A stretch of 64,000 bases of DNA from Saccostrea cucullata (Eukaryota): NCBI RefSeq assembly GCF_032062105.1, contig NW_026918302.1:62001-126000 (forward strand), given 5' to 3'. The position numbers and the translations under genes were made by a program. The notes under the pieces are model-generated. The model was not told the DNA's origin. It did no database searches and saw only the letters and a program-made list of their open reading frames with translations. Below, piece by piece: positions 49,336 through 62,523 of the stretch; positions within the stretch are counted from its first letter, which is position 1; the number at the start of each line of letters is the position of its first letter.

Positions 49336-50622
49336 TTACAAACTGAAATTACAGACGAAAGCTTTCGCCTCTGTCGCTGAAACTGAAAAAAAATATTCAT
49401 GAAGTAAAAGCATGCAATTTAGAAACAATTATCAGATTACAGCTATAATTTCCATTTTCACCAAATATTTCTCTTTGTTATACTACAATAAATATATTAT
49501 AGATTTGAGGAAAAGGAACATTTCAACTTCTAATAAAAAGGCATTGATTGAATACATATCTTACTGAATTCTTTTGACGGCTGTAGTGTGATTGGTCCAG
49601 ATGTTGGGCCACACTCGCCGCACCATCCAGTACACACAAACGATATCTGAGAACCATCTGTTGACCGATCCAAATTTTTCACTTCTGCCCACCAGCCACT
49701 TATTTTACCCCATTTTATCTGTAGATACATTAATTCATAATTATGTTATCTAGGAATTCCTCAATAAGTATATGGTATCTACAGATACATTAATGTACAT
49801 GTAGTTGAAACATTTGAATATGAATTAACAAGTTTCTCGTGATTATACTATATAAAATTATATCTGTGGCGTTGTTTCGCAACATTAATAAAATTAAAAT
49901 TAAAATCAGGTCTTACAGTAGGATCCACGATCAGCCCTGTCCCCATAGAGTTGATGACAGCTTCTGAGAAGCGTGGGCAGGGGTTCCGAAAAGATTCGCC
50001 ATTGCAGTCAGTGCTTTGTCCGTACTCAATCGTGGGTGAACCAGTCACCGAGGTGAATGTGTAATCATTGCAATATATTTCCATATTCTAGATTATCAAT
50101 ATAAATCAAGGTATTGCAATGCATTGACTCCAACATAGTAGAATACAAAGTAAATTTCCATATTATTAAATGAACTAAGCTGAATATTTTTTCCGCTTTT
50201 TTTCAACTCATGCTGTTATTTTTATACATACATAGAAGGGTCTAATAAGAACCGATTGGAGACAAAAACTAATTCCTATGTCATGTTTAGTATTTTTAAA
50301 CATAGCTTTCAATTGTATACTACTTTTGCTGACACTTAAATATATATGTACCTGAATATTTATTTTTACTTTTGAAAAATCGACCCTCTTTAAGGTGGCT
50401 TGATTGTTGATTGGCATTGTATAAACTTCAAATGCCAGTTTGATTGATCATGTTGAATGAAATAGTTTGGATTTTTCAAAGTTATGTATTCAGATGGAAA
50501 TAACTGCACATTGTGGCAATAGATCTTGACTCGTTGTCCATTTAATGCTTCGGGATATATCCAGTATTCCCCATTCTTCTTTAATCCAGAAAAATGGACA
50601 AGATCCAGGCAAGACCTGGGTA
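49336..50622 (-). pseudogene. GON-domain protein (ADAMTS9/gon-1 C-terminal type domain), 3' exons, with a 1-nt frameshift
   Basis: Exons 50622-50352 (PRSCLDL...GEYWIYP..VKIYCHNV..PSEYITL; frame switch near 50392 to KRVDFSKVKINIQ), 50087-49917 (DYTFTS..IEYGQSTDC..AVINSMGTGL), 49718-49565 (FVCTGWCGECGP) and probably 49382-49336. The 5' exons were not found intact. Confidence 0.78.
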
Positions 50623-51899
50623 CTGCAAAAAAAAAAAAAAAAAAATTATATAAACCTTGGGGTAGTGGGAGGGGAAACAATTTTTCCGTCTTTGGAGATC
50701 AATGAGTTATATATCTAAACAAAAATTTATGTAGATATACGTTAACAAGCTATGTTATATGAACTTTAAAAACAATTTTGGGATTTTTCTTTTCTAATAT
50801 GATTTTTGGGGTTTTCTTTTCATTAAGTATTTAGAGGTTTACTATTAAGAAGCGCTTCCAAGGATATCATGGAATAGAAGGTAATGGAGGAAGAAATAGA
50901 CTGAGGAGTTGTTGTATTTCAATGTCCAGTAGGTTAAAATTATTCGGGATCCGACATTCAAATACTACATACAGATTGACTGCTTGGTAAAGAAAGTGTT
51001 GAGCAAGGTCGACACAAGCACAGGGATATATGGCATACATACCTTTGTTGATTTTCATGAAAATTAGTTTGCTACAGGGTCCTCTTTTTAGATTTGATGA
51101 TTAGTGAACATTTTTTATACACGGTATTTTACATTATTTTTTGCTGCTTTACAATGTCCTCAGTATAAAATAGCTGGAATTTATATTTTAGATCTGTGAA
51201 TGACAAATGCAATATTTTGGAAGACTTGATATGTCTAAAGAGTATGCATAATGGTGCTTTTACCATTCTCTCTCTCTCTCTCTCTCGATTGAAACAAAGT
51301 TAAAGCAAACTTCTTACGTTCATAATTTCTGAAGATCTGGAATTGCGAGAAATATACCAATATTATAATTAACAATAAAAGCAATTTTCTTCAATTCGTT
51401 CATCAACTGCGTCAGTCATTTTATATAAAGCCATTTTAATGAAATAGACATTTTATCGCTCCTATTACATCTGTACATGTAAATAAAACCTATACTTATC
51501 TAGGTCTTACCCATATTGTCATTTTATCGTTTTTTACTCCAGGAATGAATTTTGTGTTTCATCCAGACTGCTTTGAAGTGATGTCAGATCATTTGTCAGT
51601 TCATTTGCAGGTGAACATGCAGATTGGTATCAGTGTTCTTTAAATGATACATTAAATGTCATTTATCACAATAAAGATATAGATATCATGGAGTTATTAC
51701 CGTCTTCCTTGGAAGACGGTATTATATAGTTGAAGTTTTTTACAGTCTTCGGACTATGCACTTCCTGTCTTCTGTGATTGGTAGAAATTGCATGATGAGA
51801 AAATTTTCAATTATTTCATTGGTTGAAATGCTGTTCAAGGCAAGGGAGACAACTTTCTGATGGTCTAATTTTCGTACGACTTAACAATTTTTCAATATT

Positions 51900-54822
51900 G
51901 GTTACAGACTACTAATTTTACCCCCATTTCATTGACCACTCAAGTAGTTCCAGTTTAAAAATAGAGGTTTTTTCTTAAAAATTCTTTGGGGTGTTTATGG
52001 GGTGGAATGATGTTATTTTTGGGTATAGATGGAAAGGAGAGGGTTTGACAAAAAATATAAAATTGTTAATATGTGAAATTTTGCACTTGCGCGCGTAGTA
52101 GGAAGGGTGTAAAGAGGCCCATATTTACCCTTTCCCCGAAGAGAAAGTGAAAAAAGCAGGGTAGGGGTTATTTGCGATGCCTTAGCAGGAACTGCATGCG
52201 ATGAATTTTCCTGAGAGTCTGAAAAATGTTTGGACTTGAATTCTTCTTACTCTGTGCCAAGTTTCAGGTAAGTTGAGCTGGTGTAATTTTTTTAATCATT
52301 TTTTATAGTATAAAGGAATGTATAGCAAAATAATTGGTAGTCTGTGTCCTATGAGGTCAAAGGTCAAATCTCACGTTAATCAATTTACTGGCACTTTTTG
52401 GATAATTTGGAACTAATTATGCAAATTGTTGACAAATTTTATGGAAAAATTTGTATTTTGGAGAAGTTAAATGGATTTAAATAATTGAAAAGGGGGAGGG
52501 GGGCACCTGCTCTCAGCTTGTCAAAGGGATGACGTAATGTGTGCAATTGATGTGTGTCAAACATTTATGCAATATGAATTTTGATTCTATATATAATGTT
52601 GTAGGTGACATAAAACCCATTCCTCACCTATCCTTCTATTTTAAATGCCAAATGGAGTTCAAAAACCAAGGTATGTTTTAAACATTTGATAGCTCAGATT
52701 ACACTGTTGTTAATAGGAAAGTAATGCCTAATTTCTCAAAACTTAGGCTACTTGGTGTCTGTAATTATAGTTGACACAGTTACTTATTAATTTGACACAA
52801 TTACTTATTAATTATGAATGTGAACTAAAGTTGAAATTCTTAAAAATTTATTTTTTTTCAGTGGCTCATTTCTAGCTGACTGATGTGGGATTGCAAGCAG
52901 TTATAGCCTGGATGGGTGGCTTCATAAAAAATCAGGCCAGTTGCCAGTCAGAAGTGAACAATTTTGTACCAGTAGCAGAGACAATGACCATTCAGAAAAC
53001 AAGATACAGCTGTCAACAATATTACAGTTCACAACAGCCAAGTTAAAGGTATATAGTCAACTGACTCTTAAGTTTGTATTATTTTTTTTTTGTGTGTGTG
53101 TTTGATTTCTTTTTTACACTGTTTTCATCTGTCATCATCATCTCTTGCCAATCAATGTGTACTCTCTGAAACTTTCTCTTTTTCCTTCTTCTTTTGGAAT
53201 TGAATATCTGCTGTCTGATTGCTGGCACTGATCTGTGATTGTCCAAGACAGGGGAGGTCAGTAAGGTGCTCAACATTTCATATGGGATGTTTGGTCCTAC
53301 TGACTTCTTCTACTCTTGTGGCCTCTTGGACATCATTGTCAGTGGTCGCATATCAGACAAAATCATCATTTTTTGACAAGGACATGTGTTTTCAAGATTT
53401 TGGATAAACACTGTGCAGAAATAGTGATACACAAGACAGACAGAATTTATGTACTCCATTTTAATAGAACCTTCTCTACCCCCCCCCCCCCCCTGTTTTA
53501 GCTTCCAAGCATCTCCAGGAGTGATTATAGGTGACACAGGCATGGTATATTTTCTGTGCTGAACCATTGAAAGTATATAGACATGCTTTTTAATCATTTT
53601 GTTTTTTTTTTGGTACCTTTACAGTGCAGAGTTGCCTCCCCTTTCTCTACAGCAGCCTGAAGAATGTATGTAGGTAAAATGCATATATAAATTCCTTTTC
53701 TTGTAAATTCAGAATTATAAAATCCAAAATTTCACAGAATTTTTGGTATTTATTATCTAATAATGCATATTGTTACAAGAAATACCCATCAAAGAAGTCT
53801 TAATATGACCAGGGATAATCCAATTAGAGTAGTAAGTACCACTTCCTGACAGAGGCTGAATTGACCAGGTTGGATAATCTGCTTATAACAAAGGTATTAA
53901 TCTCTTTCCCTTAACTTTTATACTAATTTTTTATAGCCTATATATTGTAGAATTTTTTAATATTTGTTTTACTAAAATTAAAATGTGCTAAATATTTTTA
54001 TTTTTAATATTTCCAAGAATTTTATGCTTTTTGAAGGTATTTTTTTGAAAAATTGTTTAAAATATTTACTTATGCAATAGGTTAAGTTTTGTTCTTGAAA
54101 TTTGTGTAGGACATATATATCTAGTATACAAAAATATAAGGAAAGAAAATAACTGTCATGCATGTGAGCTGTGAGCATTTCAAATCTGAGAACTGTGTGC
54201 CTAATGCTTATTTTACCCTCTGATTTAAGGTGTTCCAGCACATCAATTAAAGGGCCATAACTCTGCTTAGGAATCATCAATTTCAATGAAACTTCACCGG
54301 CCATTTTGTAGATACAAAAGACTCCAGCATGTCAAATTTCAGCAAAATCAGACAAGGTTTGTGTCCTTATTAGGTTACAGACTACTAATTTTACCCCCAT
54401 TTCATTGACCACTCAAGTAGTTCCAGTTTAAAAATAGAGGTTTTTTCTTAAAAATTCTTTGGGGTGTTTATGGGGTGGACTGATGTTATTTTTGGGTATA
54501 GATGGAAAGGAGAGGGTTTGACAAAAAATATAAAATTGTTAATATGTGAAATTTTGCACTTGCGCGCGTAGTAGGAAGGGTGTAAAGAGGCCCATATTTA
54601 CCCTTTCCCCGAAGAGAAAGTGAAAAAAGCAGGGTAGGGGTTATTTGCGATGCCTTAGCAGGAACTGCATGCGATGAATTTTCCTGAGAGTCTGAAAAAT
54701 TTTTGGACTTGAATTCTTCTTACTCTGTGCCAAGTTTCAGGTAAGTTGAGCCGGTGTAATTTTTTTAATCATTTTTTATAGTATAAAGGAATGTATAGCA
54801 AAATAATTGGTAGTCTGTGTCC
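51900..54822. mobile_element. Composite-like DNA transposon with 450-bp long terminal direct repeats (KolobokP-like), non-autonomous, 4-bp TSD TATT
   Basis: 51900-52349 and 54373-54822 are direct repeats with 3 visible mismatches. Each has its own TIRs (GGTTACAGACTACTAATT / AATTGGTAGTCTGTGTCC). TATT at 51896-51899 and 54823-54826. No transposase ORF in the 2-kb interior. Confidence 0.85.
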
Positions 54823-56182
54823 TATTCCCAATCTTAAAAAAATGACAAAACGAACAGCAAAATCAGCAGTAACTAATTCTAAATAATAATATTTTTAATA
54901 GCAATAACTAAACAGGTCTCTTTATTTTCATCAAGTTGCAAATAAGATTTGAGTTTTATTGCTTGCTGGCTTTACAATTTGCATTTATTCTTTTCCCTTT
55001 ATTTGTTTGAAGAAGGTAACATTTAACGGATCGGCCGGGGTTTGCCGAAGGTCTCAGTCAGTTTACGGAGATGACCGAGCGACAACCGCGGTAGGGCTAA
55101 TACCAGTAAAAATCTAATGTAGAAATACGAGATCAAGAAATTCAAAAGAATTATAAAACTTGAAAGATGTAGATTAGTTAACTGTTTAAGGTTGTTGCTA
55201 AAGACGGTACTAAGCTTTTTTAAAAAGCTTTACTTGTTTTACTTATAATATCATTCAAGCTTAATTAATCAATTTGACAATCTTTTTTTAAAGAGTTGAG
55301 ACATTAAAAGGGATGTAAAAAACTTTTTTTAGTAATAATCTTAATTTGCTGTGATACATGTAAATGAGTTAACTGTAAAATCACATATTTTTGGGGGGGT
55401 CAAATTTTCGTGGTTTGAGAAAAAAAAACTTGGTGCATGGGGATTTGATTTCGTGAGTGGAGAACTTTTTAGTAGTTATGTATGTAACATTTTACATTCC
55501 GTGATGGACATAAAGTGTGGGTCTCTTCATACCTCGAAAGCAACGAAAATTAACCTCCCATACACGAAAATTTGTGGTTTGGTACACAGGGCCAGTAACA
55601 TGCTAAATTTGAATTTTCGTAATGACTATATATACACATCTCTTTTTGTATGTTTAGCCATTACCTAAATTTAAATTTAGCATGTTTCTGACCCCTGTGG
55701 TTTTGTTTTGTTAATTATACTATGTGTTGACATTTTTTGGTTGTTTCTTAATTTTGATGATATTATTAAATATCATAACTGTCATCATGACTGTCCCTCC
55801 CATTTTTCCACACGATTAGTTTAAAATTTCACTGATTTTGTCTTGCTATATTATAATGATAATAAAAATACATGTATTTAAAACTATTTATTAATTGTGA
55901 ATGTACTGAATTATTTATCTTAGTGTAGTCTACTTGATTGCCAAGTTATTTTGAAATCAGACCAAAACTGTAGGAGGAGTAGCATTTTGAAAATTGTTTA
56001 CAGACAGACAGACTGATGGACGGACGACAGGCACCTAACTATCGAATAAGCTCTTCTGGTCTTTGACCAGTAGAGCTAAAAACCATTCAAATATATTAAC
56101 TTTTAAAAATTGACTCTAAGGTAGGCGGGAGAACTATACTATCGTTCGTAGTTCTTTAGTCTAATTCCAAGGTTTTACGTAC

Positions 56183-56590
56183 CCGAAAGTGCTTCCACTT
56201 TCCAGCGTGTAATAACCGACATCTCCAACGCCCACACTTCCATCAGGGTTGTAAATTACGTCAAAAAGTTTACAAGATGCCTCAGTAAAATTGTATAAGA
56301 AGGAAACACAGTTACTGTTCTCAAAACACTGCAGACTACACTCAGCAAGGCTAGAGGAGATTCCAGACCAAACCGACAACGACGTATCAACATGGTCTAT
56401 TTTTATTTTTGTCTTCCTAAAGTACATTTCGTCTTAAAATATTTTTTTTAAAATCACAGTTAAGTTTTGAATAAAGATTTTAATTTTTTGTGCATATAAT
56501 TATTCATATCTAAACTTACTTGCTTAACCATCCGAAATTATCACCAAAGAAAGACATACATGGAAGCCTAATCGAAACATATCCCATCAT
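56183..56590 (-). CDS. PAN/apple-domain protein exons (partial gene)
   Basis: Exon 56416-56183: SSSLAECSLQCFENSNCVSFLYNFTEASCKLF...VGYY (PAN C-x3-C-x5-C-x-S-F-x-Y...C-x-L pattern). Phase-compatible upstream exon about 56590-56520. Downstream exons are unresolved. Confidence 0.65.
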
Positions 56591-56591
56591 A

Positions 56592-56792
56592 TATAATATA
56601 CATGTATATAGGCATCGATCCGACACATCCCTTTATATTTCAACATTTTATTTGAAAAGATGTTGATGAAAAACTGACAACTAGACTTTACTGCCTGAAT
56701 GATAATCATGGTGAATTTAATTTCCTCTCTTCAACTTATGTATAATATAAAGGGATAAGTTGGATCTGTGCCTATATACATGTATATTATAT
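56592..56792. mobile_element. MITE/fold-back directly upstream of the PAN exons
   Basis: TATAATATACATGTATATAGGCA..GATCC.AC..ATCCCTTTATAT pairs with ATATAAAGGGATAAGTTGGATCTGTGCCTATATACATGTATATTATA. Confidence 0.75.
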
Positions 56793-58106
56793 AATATACT
56801 TTGTTTATTCACGTACAGTGGGATTAACAGAATCAATTAAATATGAAGATAACGAATATTAATCATACCCAAAAGTCTTTTTAACAATACAAAACAGGAG
56901 GAGAACAAAGCTCTGAAACATCAGAGGTGGGATCAGCCTAGCGCTTAGAAATTAAAGTAAATGTTGTCTATTGATAAAACGTCGTTTTCCTGTAGGGTGT
57001 GAGGTAAATACGGTATGTTTCAATTGAATACAGAGACAGATTTGCTCATAAAAGGGTCACAATAAGTACCCATGGGAATTCTAACAGATTGTTGGAAAAC
57101 CCCTACTCATGAATATAATTGATTATGATGGGTTTTGATTTGTTATTTTGAAATTCAAACGTAAAAGCAATATATTTGATATTCGCTTCACTTTGTTTAT
57201 CCTTTTAATATAAATATTTGATAACATTTACTGTATAGATTTAATATCTGATACCATGCAGAAAGGATGTTCCCCTGAAAATGGAAATTTAATACATGTT
57301 GATTTCAACATTTTACTTGTGATTTATTTTAATGTACAAATTTTCCAATGAAACTGTTTTAAATAAATAATTTTTTTTTTGAGAAACTGTTTTATCAGTA
57401 ATTCATCATATAAATGATATTACGATGGTTGCAATTTTACTAAAAACAATCAGAGAATGAGACCCTGTGAACAACGGATTCTTGTTAGATGGGGTGAAAT
57501 AATCATTTCAACGATGAAATCAATTGCCATATTGTAATACTCTTGTCTATCATATCGTGTCTGATTATCATTCAAAAGAAGTTTTAGGGTTTTCCACAAA
57601 GTATTCATCATGGCGGGCGCCATGGTTAAATTTATCTGTAACATTGTTAAGCGAGCGGCTCCATTGTCAAATTCGGCAGAAGAGATGACGAAATTTTATC
57701 GCTTATCTAATGACTTGAGTAGTTAATTGTATATATACTACATGGCTTGGAAGCTCCTAAGAGAGAGAGAGAGAGAGTGCAAAATTAGCCCTTACTGTTC
57801 AAAAGTTAATGGCCAAGGTTAAGATTTTTAAAATGTAAAGCAAACTCCAAGATCAAGTTAAAAGAGTCGGAGTTTTTTATTCCAGTGAAAGGTTTTATCA
57901 CAAGGATTAAATATGTGAAGTATGAAAGCCCTAGCCTTAACCTATAAAAATTGATGGTCAAGGCTTGTTTTTTAAAAGTAGGTCAAACTCGAAGGTCAAA
58001 GGGTCAAAGCTTTTGGTAGCCAAAAAAGGTCTTTTCACAAGGATCACAAATGTGAAGTATGAAAGCCGTAGTCTTTACCGTTAAAACGTTTTGGCCAAGG
58101 ATAAAG

Positions 58107-58152
<46 letters not shown>

Positions 58153-58987
58153 CATTTTGTCCGTCGTCCGTCCGTCTGTAAACTTTTCACATTTTCACAT
58201 CAAACTTGGTACAAAGCATCCTTGGGTGAAGGGGAGTTTAAATTGTGAAAATGAAGGGCCAAGTCCCCTTGCAAGGGGAGATAATCAAGAAAAGACAAAA
58301 ATAGAGTGGGGCCATTAAAAAAATCTTCTTCTCAAGAACCACTGATCCTCAAAAGCTGAAACTCATATGGAAGCATCCTTGGGTAGTGTAGATATCAAAT
58401 TGTTAAAATCATGACCCCCAGGGTTTGGACAGGGCCACAATAGGGAATCCAATTTTTACATAGAAATATATAGAACAAATCTTTAAAAATCTTCTTCTCA
58501 AGAACAGCTGAGCTAGGAAAGCTGAAACTTATATGGAAGCATCCTTGGATAGTGTAGATATTAAATTGTAAAAATCATGACCCCCGGATGAAGGGCGGGG
58601 CCACAATAGGGAATCCAAGTTTTACACAGATATATTAAGGAAAAATCTTTAAGAATCTTCTTCTCAAAAACCACTGGGCCAGGAAAGCTGAAACTTATAT
58701 GGAAGCATCCTTGGATAGTGTAGATATTAAATTGTTAAAATCATGACCCCCGGGGGTAGGGCGGGGCCACAATAGGAAATCCAAGTTTTACATAGAAATA
58801 TATAGAACAAATCTTTAAAAATCTTCTTCTCAAGAACCACTGAGACTGGAAAGCTGAATTTAATGTCGTAGCATCCTGGGGTAGTGTAGATTCTAAAGTA
58901 TTAAAATCATAAAAGGGAAGAGGGTAGTGGGGTACGATAGGTATAGCAAGAGGGGAAATCTGGTAAAGAACTGCATCACCCAAGTTA

Positions 58988-59022
<35 letters not shown>
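58107..59022 (+). mobile_element. Helentron-type (HINE) element with ~166-bp satellite units, nested in an older HINE of opposite orientation (about 57780-59360)
   Basis: TTTTTAGCTCACCTGAGCCGAAGGCTCAAGTGAGC 5' hairpin, GTCC microsatellite, about 4 tandem units, 3' CAGGTGAGCGATGTGGCCCATGGGCCTCTTGTT. Confidence 0.9.
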
Positions 59023-59024
<2 letters not shown>

Positions 59025-59424
59025 CATAAGTACAGAAATTACCAAGGTCAAAGTTATTTGTATCCTAGGAGTCTTTCCACAAAAAGTATCTACTGTTCAA
59101 AATTTATGGCCAAAGTGAAACTTTCAAACTTTTTTGTAAAAGTGGGCCAAAAAAGGTCAGGATCAAAAGGTCAAATTTAGTGGTACCCAAAGAAAAGTCT
59201 TGTTACAAGAAATATATATGTGAAATATGAAATTCATAGGTCCACTAAATCAGAAGTTATTGACAAGGTTAAAGTTTTTGTGACGGACGGACAGACTGAC
59301 CGACGGAAAGACGAATTAGATTTAATGTCCCCTCGCTTTCTCAAAAGCGTGGGACAAAAATGACATTTTGACCCCTGATAGTTTTTAAAATCTTTTCACA
59401 GTTCTTGTATATGTTATGTACCAG

Positions 59425-59643
59425 GGGCCCGTTTTACAATAGAACGAACGAATAAGACCAAACCATTAGATTGTTTATAATATTTAACAATATTGATTGT
59501 ATTCTTTTTAAAATTGTTAGCATAAAATATCATTTTCAATTTCTTTCAGGAAGAATAAAACCATTTAGATTAATGTAAGATAAAAAGTTATAAGCAGAAT
59601 TAAATGTTGGTCTTGGGTGTTAGTTCTTTAGTAAAACGGGCCC
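59425..59643. mobile_element. Harbinger-like MITE, CAG TSD (similar class at about 62097-62213)
   Basis: CAG|GGGCCCGTTTTAC ... GTAAAACGGGCCC|CAG. Confidence 0.8.
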
Positions 59644-60076
59644 CAGGTAAAAAGATTTAAAATAGAATGCAGCTTAAGTTGTCTTTGATTGCCAAAGTAT
59701 TATACATGCTATATTTCGTTGATAAAACCAGCTAGAATGATAGAAGAGAGCATATAATTTCAGCTTCATTCCAGAAAATATGGCAATGAAGTTATGATTC
59801 ATCGAGTGAGTTAAAGATATATGATAAGTCCGTGTCCTCTTGTCTATGCGGTGTAATTAAGATTTTTACTCGCACTTTTCAGAGAAAGTTCGGGTATATT
59901 ATTGTTTCCCGGTGTCAAAGATTGATATTTTAAAGTTCCAATTTTTGGACCAATTTTTTTGTTACTTCTTCTTTGCATGCATGATGATTTAAAATAAATA
60001 TGAATACAAATACAAAAGATAAAGCCAACAAAATGATTTTATTAATATACATCTTGTGTAATCATATTTCTACTTT

Positions 60077-62523
60077 TTAACCAGAATCTGCGTTTGTCGA
60101 AACCAAACTTGTATCGAATTCGCAAATAAAATTTCTTTTCAGCGTGCAGTTGTCTGTAGCCCATCGGAAGTCTCTATCGAGTGACAGGTGAATACAATGT
60201 CCATCAGAGATGGGGTACTTAGGTTCATCTGCGAGCCAATTTGTATAATGCCTGCTGTGTTCTAAATCTGTACCACCGAGCCAAAATGTGGCGTTATATG
60301 GATCTATAATATATTAACCATATCATGTAAAATATGCGTATCATTTTATCATATGTTTAGAAACATCAAGTACAAGAACTACTCCAAGATGGGAAGGAAA
60401 ATACCTTTGTTGAATTTCCAATGCGCTTCTGCAGTGTGCCAAGAAGAAATTCCTATGAAGTTAACAGTGTGTGGCTTTGGGTCTGTCCACTTCATAAATT
60501 TGCCATTACCGATTTCTTTACCCTCTCCAGTCTCAATTGTTCCGTTTTCCCAACTCACCCAGAACGGTTTGAATGTATTGCAAGATAGTGGACTGTGGGA
60601 AGCGTTGGCCATTGCTTGTCCTTGTTTGTCTATACGTATGACGGATTGGTTGTTTTTCCAGCCCCCTATTACAATTTCATAGGCGTTTACAGAATCAGTT
60701 CTGCTTTCTGAGAGGATTAAATGTGCGTCGTTACATCCCATTACTTCAAATTTTATGCGTTTTTCTTTTATTATAAAAGAATGAAATGTGAGGTAGTCAT
60801 CTAAGTAATGATATCTGTATTTAGGAGGTAGATTAATGTTCTCGTTGGATCCTGAAGAAGATAAACATCACTCTGTAAAATGCAAGTCTTCACCGACGAC
60901 ATCTTATTATTGAGAAACAGAGAAGAGAATTTTTCGTACCTTTAAAGTGTTCGGAGATGAAATTTTCCAGAATTTGCTGTTTGCCAGCATTGTGTATTGT
61001 AGAAAGTGATCCTCCGATGTCTTGACATTTCTCCTAATTAAAATATATATATATTCCCATCAAACAACAAGGTCAACTTAGGACCCTTTTCAACACTGTT
61101 AATTTGTGAAATATCAAAGATAAATGAAATAAAATTGGAGCCTGTTTTCAGCAATAGTTGAGACGTTGAATGTCACAAAGTCTCAGACAACTCTGCTATA
61201 GGAAAAATGGATATCTACTTTAAACTGCTGTTTGAAGTAGGACAAAATTGGTTGTATATTGTTTTACGCCCCATTCGAGAATTTTCACATATGTACAGAT
61301 ACATGTATCACCGTATAGCTGTGATTGGACATCAATTAGACCTTTACTAGACACTCGGGTCATTGAGCAATGGAGGTTCGGATCAACGCTATCAGTGACA
61401 CAGGGCCGCGGTTTTTAAGGTCTCATCCAAAAGACAATACTCACATCAAAATTACCAAGCGCTTAATTGGGAAAGAATTGGGATGCTCACTCCTCCATGG
61501 CACCTGAGACCACCTTTGATGATGTGGAGGTCCGGGTTTGCTTGTATTGTTTTATGGACTTTTGAATTTGGATATCTTGGATACTGTTCACTATCTTCAT
61601 ATGCTTCATTGGCTATGGAAATGCAGGTCTATTTAAATGAAAGCCCTTTTTTGGAGAGGAAATAATTTAAGAAGACAAGAAAACAAAATTTGGAGAAATT
61701 GTTATTTTAAAAAAGTCACTGAGCCCATAAAACCTACGTATATGGTTTGAATTTCTTTACGTGCATGTTCATAATTCGTTATAGTGGCGCAGTTGTTAGA
61801 GCGTTTGCCCCAGAGTCGCAGTGTAAGCTAGTAGTTTATCCATACGTCGCGGATTAAATCTCTGTGTGATATATATTACGCGAAAACCGTTTTTTCGGAT
61901 GAGACCATATAAACCGAAGTCCTGTTTTGAAGTTGGTGCTTGCAATTACAGTATCTCTCACTGATCAAAACCCCAACGTGCCGAGTACAATTATTAATTT
62001 GCTGCCCTCCATCGGCAAATGGTAGCAATTCAGTATGAGTGAAAAGTTTCTAAAGGTATGTTTCATAGACAGTCAGACCTATGTACATCTGGCCTGGGGG
62101 ACATAAAACTTAGACGAGCTCACTTTTGATCTCAATCTCACTTTTACCAAAAGAATATAAAGCGGGAAAGTGAGACTGAGATCAAAAGTGAGCTGGTCTA
62201 ATTTTATGGCCCCCAGGCCTGAATGAAATTCAGAATGGTTAGCGTACATGAGTAAGTACCCCTGGGTCTCTTATTTAATATTTTGTAATTAATATAAGAA
62301 AAAAAAAGTTTTTAAATTCTTTGAGATAGCATTTAACTCTATTGATTCATAAAGTTTCATTTGCAAACACTATTATTTGAGTACCATGTACTCAAAGCAA
62401 TGTTTTGTGATTTATACCGAAGTGATCTTACCACTGCGTCAGACCAATCCAGACTCTTCTGTTGAGGCAAAGTCAGACATACATTGTGGTACCATAAGAA
62501 ATCATCTGGACAAGCATCACCAC
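60077..62523 (-). CDS. C-type lectin-like domain protein with an inserted FAMeT-like (Methyltransf_FA) domain; 3' exons, 5' end not located
   Basis: Exons 62523-62432 (CPDDFLWYHNVC...LDWSDAV), 61033-60940 (EKCQDIGGSLSTIHN...ILENFI), 60851-60405 (FEVMGCNDAHLILS...YEIVIGGWKNNQSVIR...PLSCNTFKPFWVSWENG.IETGEG...FMKWTD...IGISS...HWKF), 60303-60077 (FWLGGTD..YTNWLADEP..HCIHL..FRWATDNC..KRNFICE, stop). All GT-AG and in phase. Confidence 0.88.
62091..62219. mobile_element. Fold-back MITE in the lectin gene intron
   Basis: GGCCTGGGGG.CATAAAA.TTAGAC.AGCTCACTTTTGATCTCA.TCTCACTTT pairs with AAAGTGAGACTGAGATCAAAAGTGAGCTGGTCTAATTTTATGGCCCCCAGGCC. Confidence 0.85.

Noticed and set aside
51900-54822. LTR retrotransposon or TRIM/LARD
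   Set aside because: Repeats end GG...CC with internal TIRs rather than TG...CA; no PBS or PPT.
50622-56416. Direct splicing of the PAN exon to the GON exon as one gene
   Set aside because: The best PAN donor is phase 2 and the GON acceptor is phase 1; no intact bridging exon was found, so linkage is unproven.
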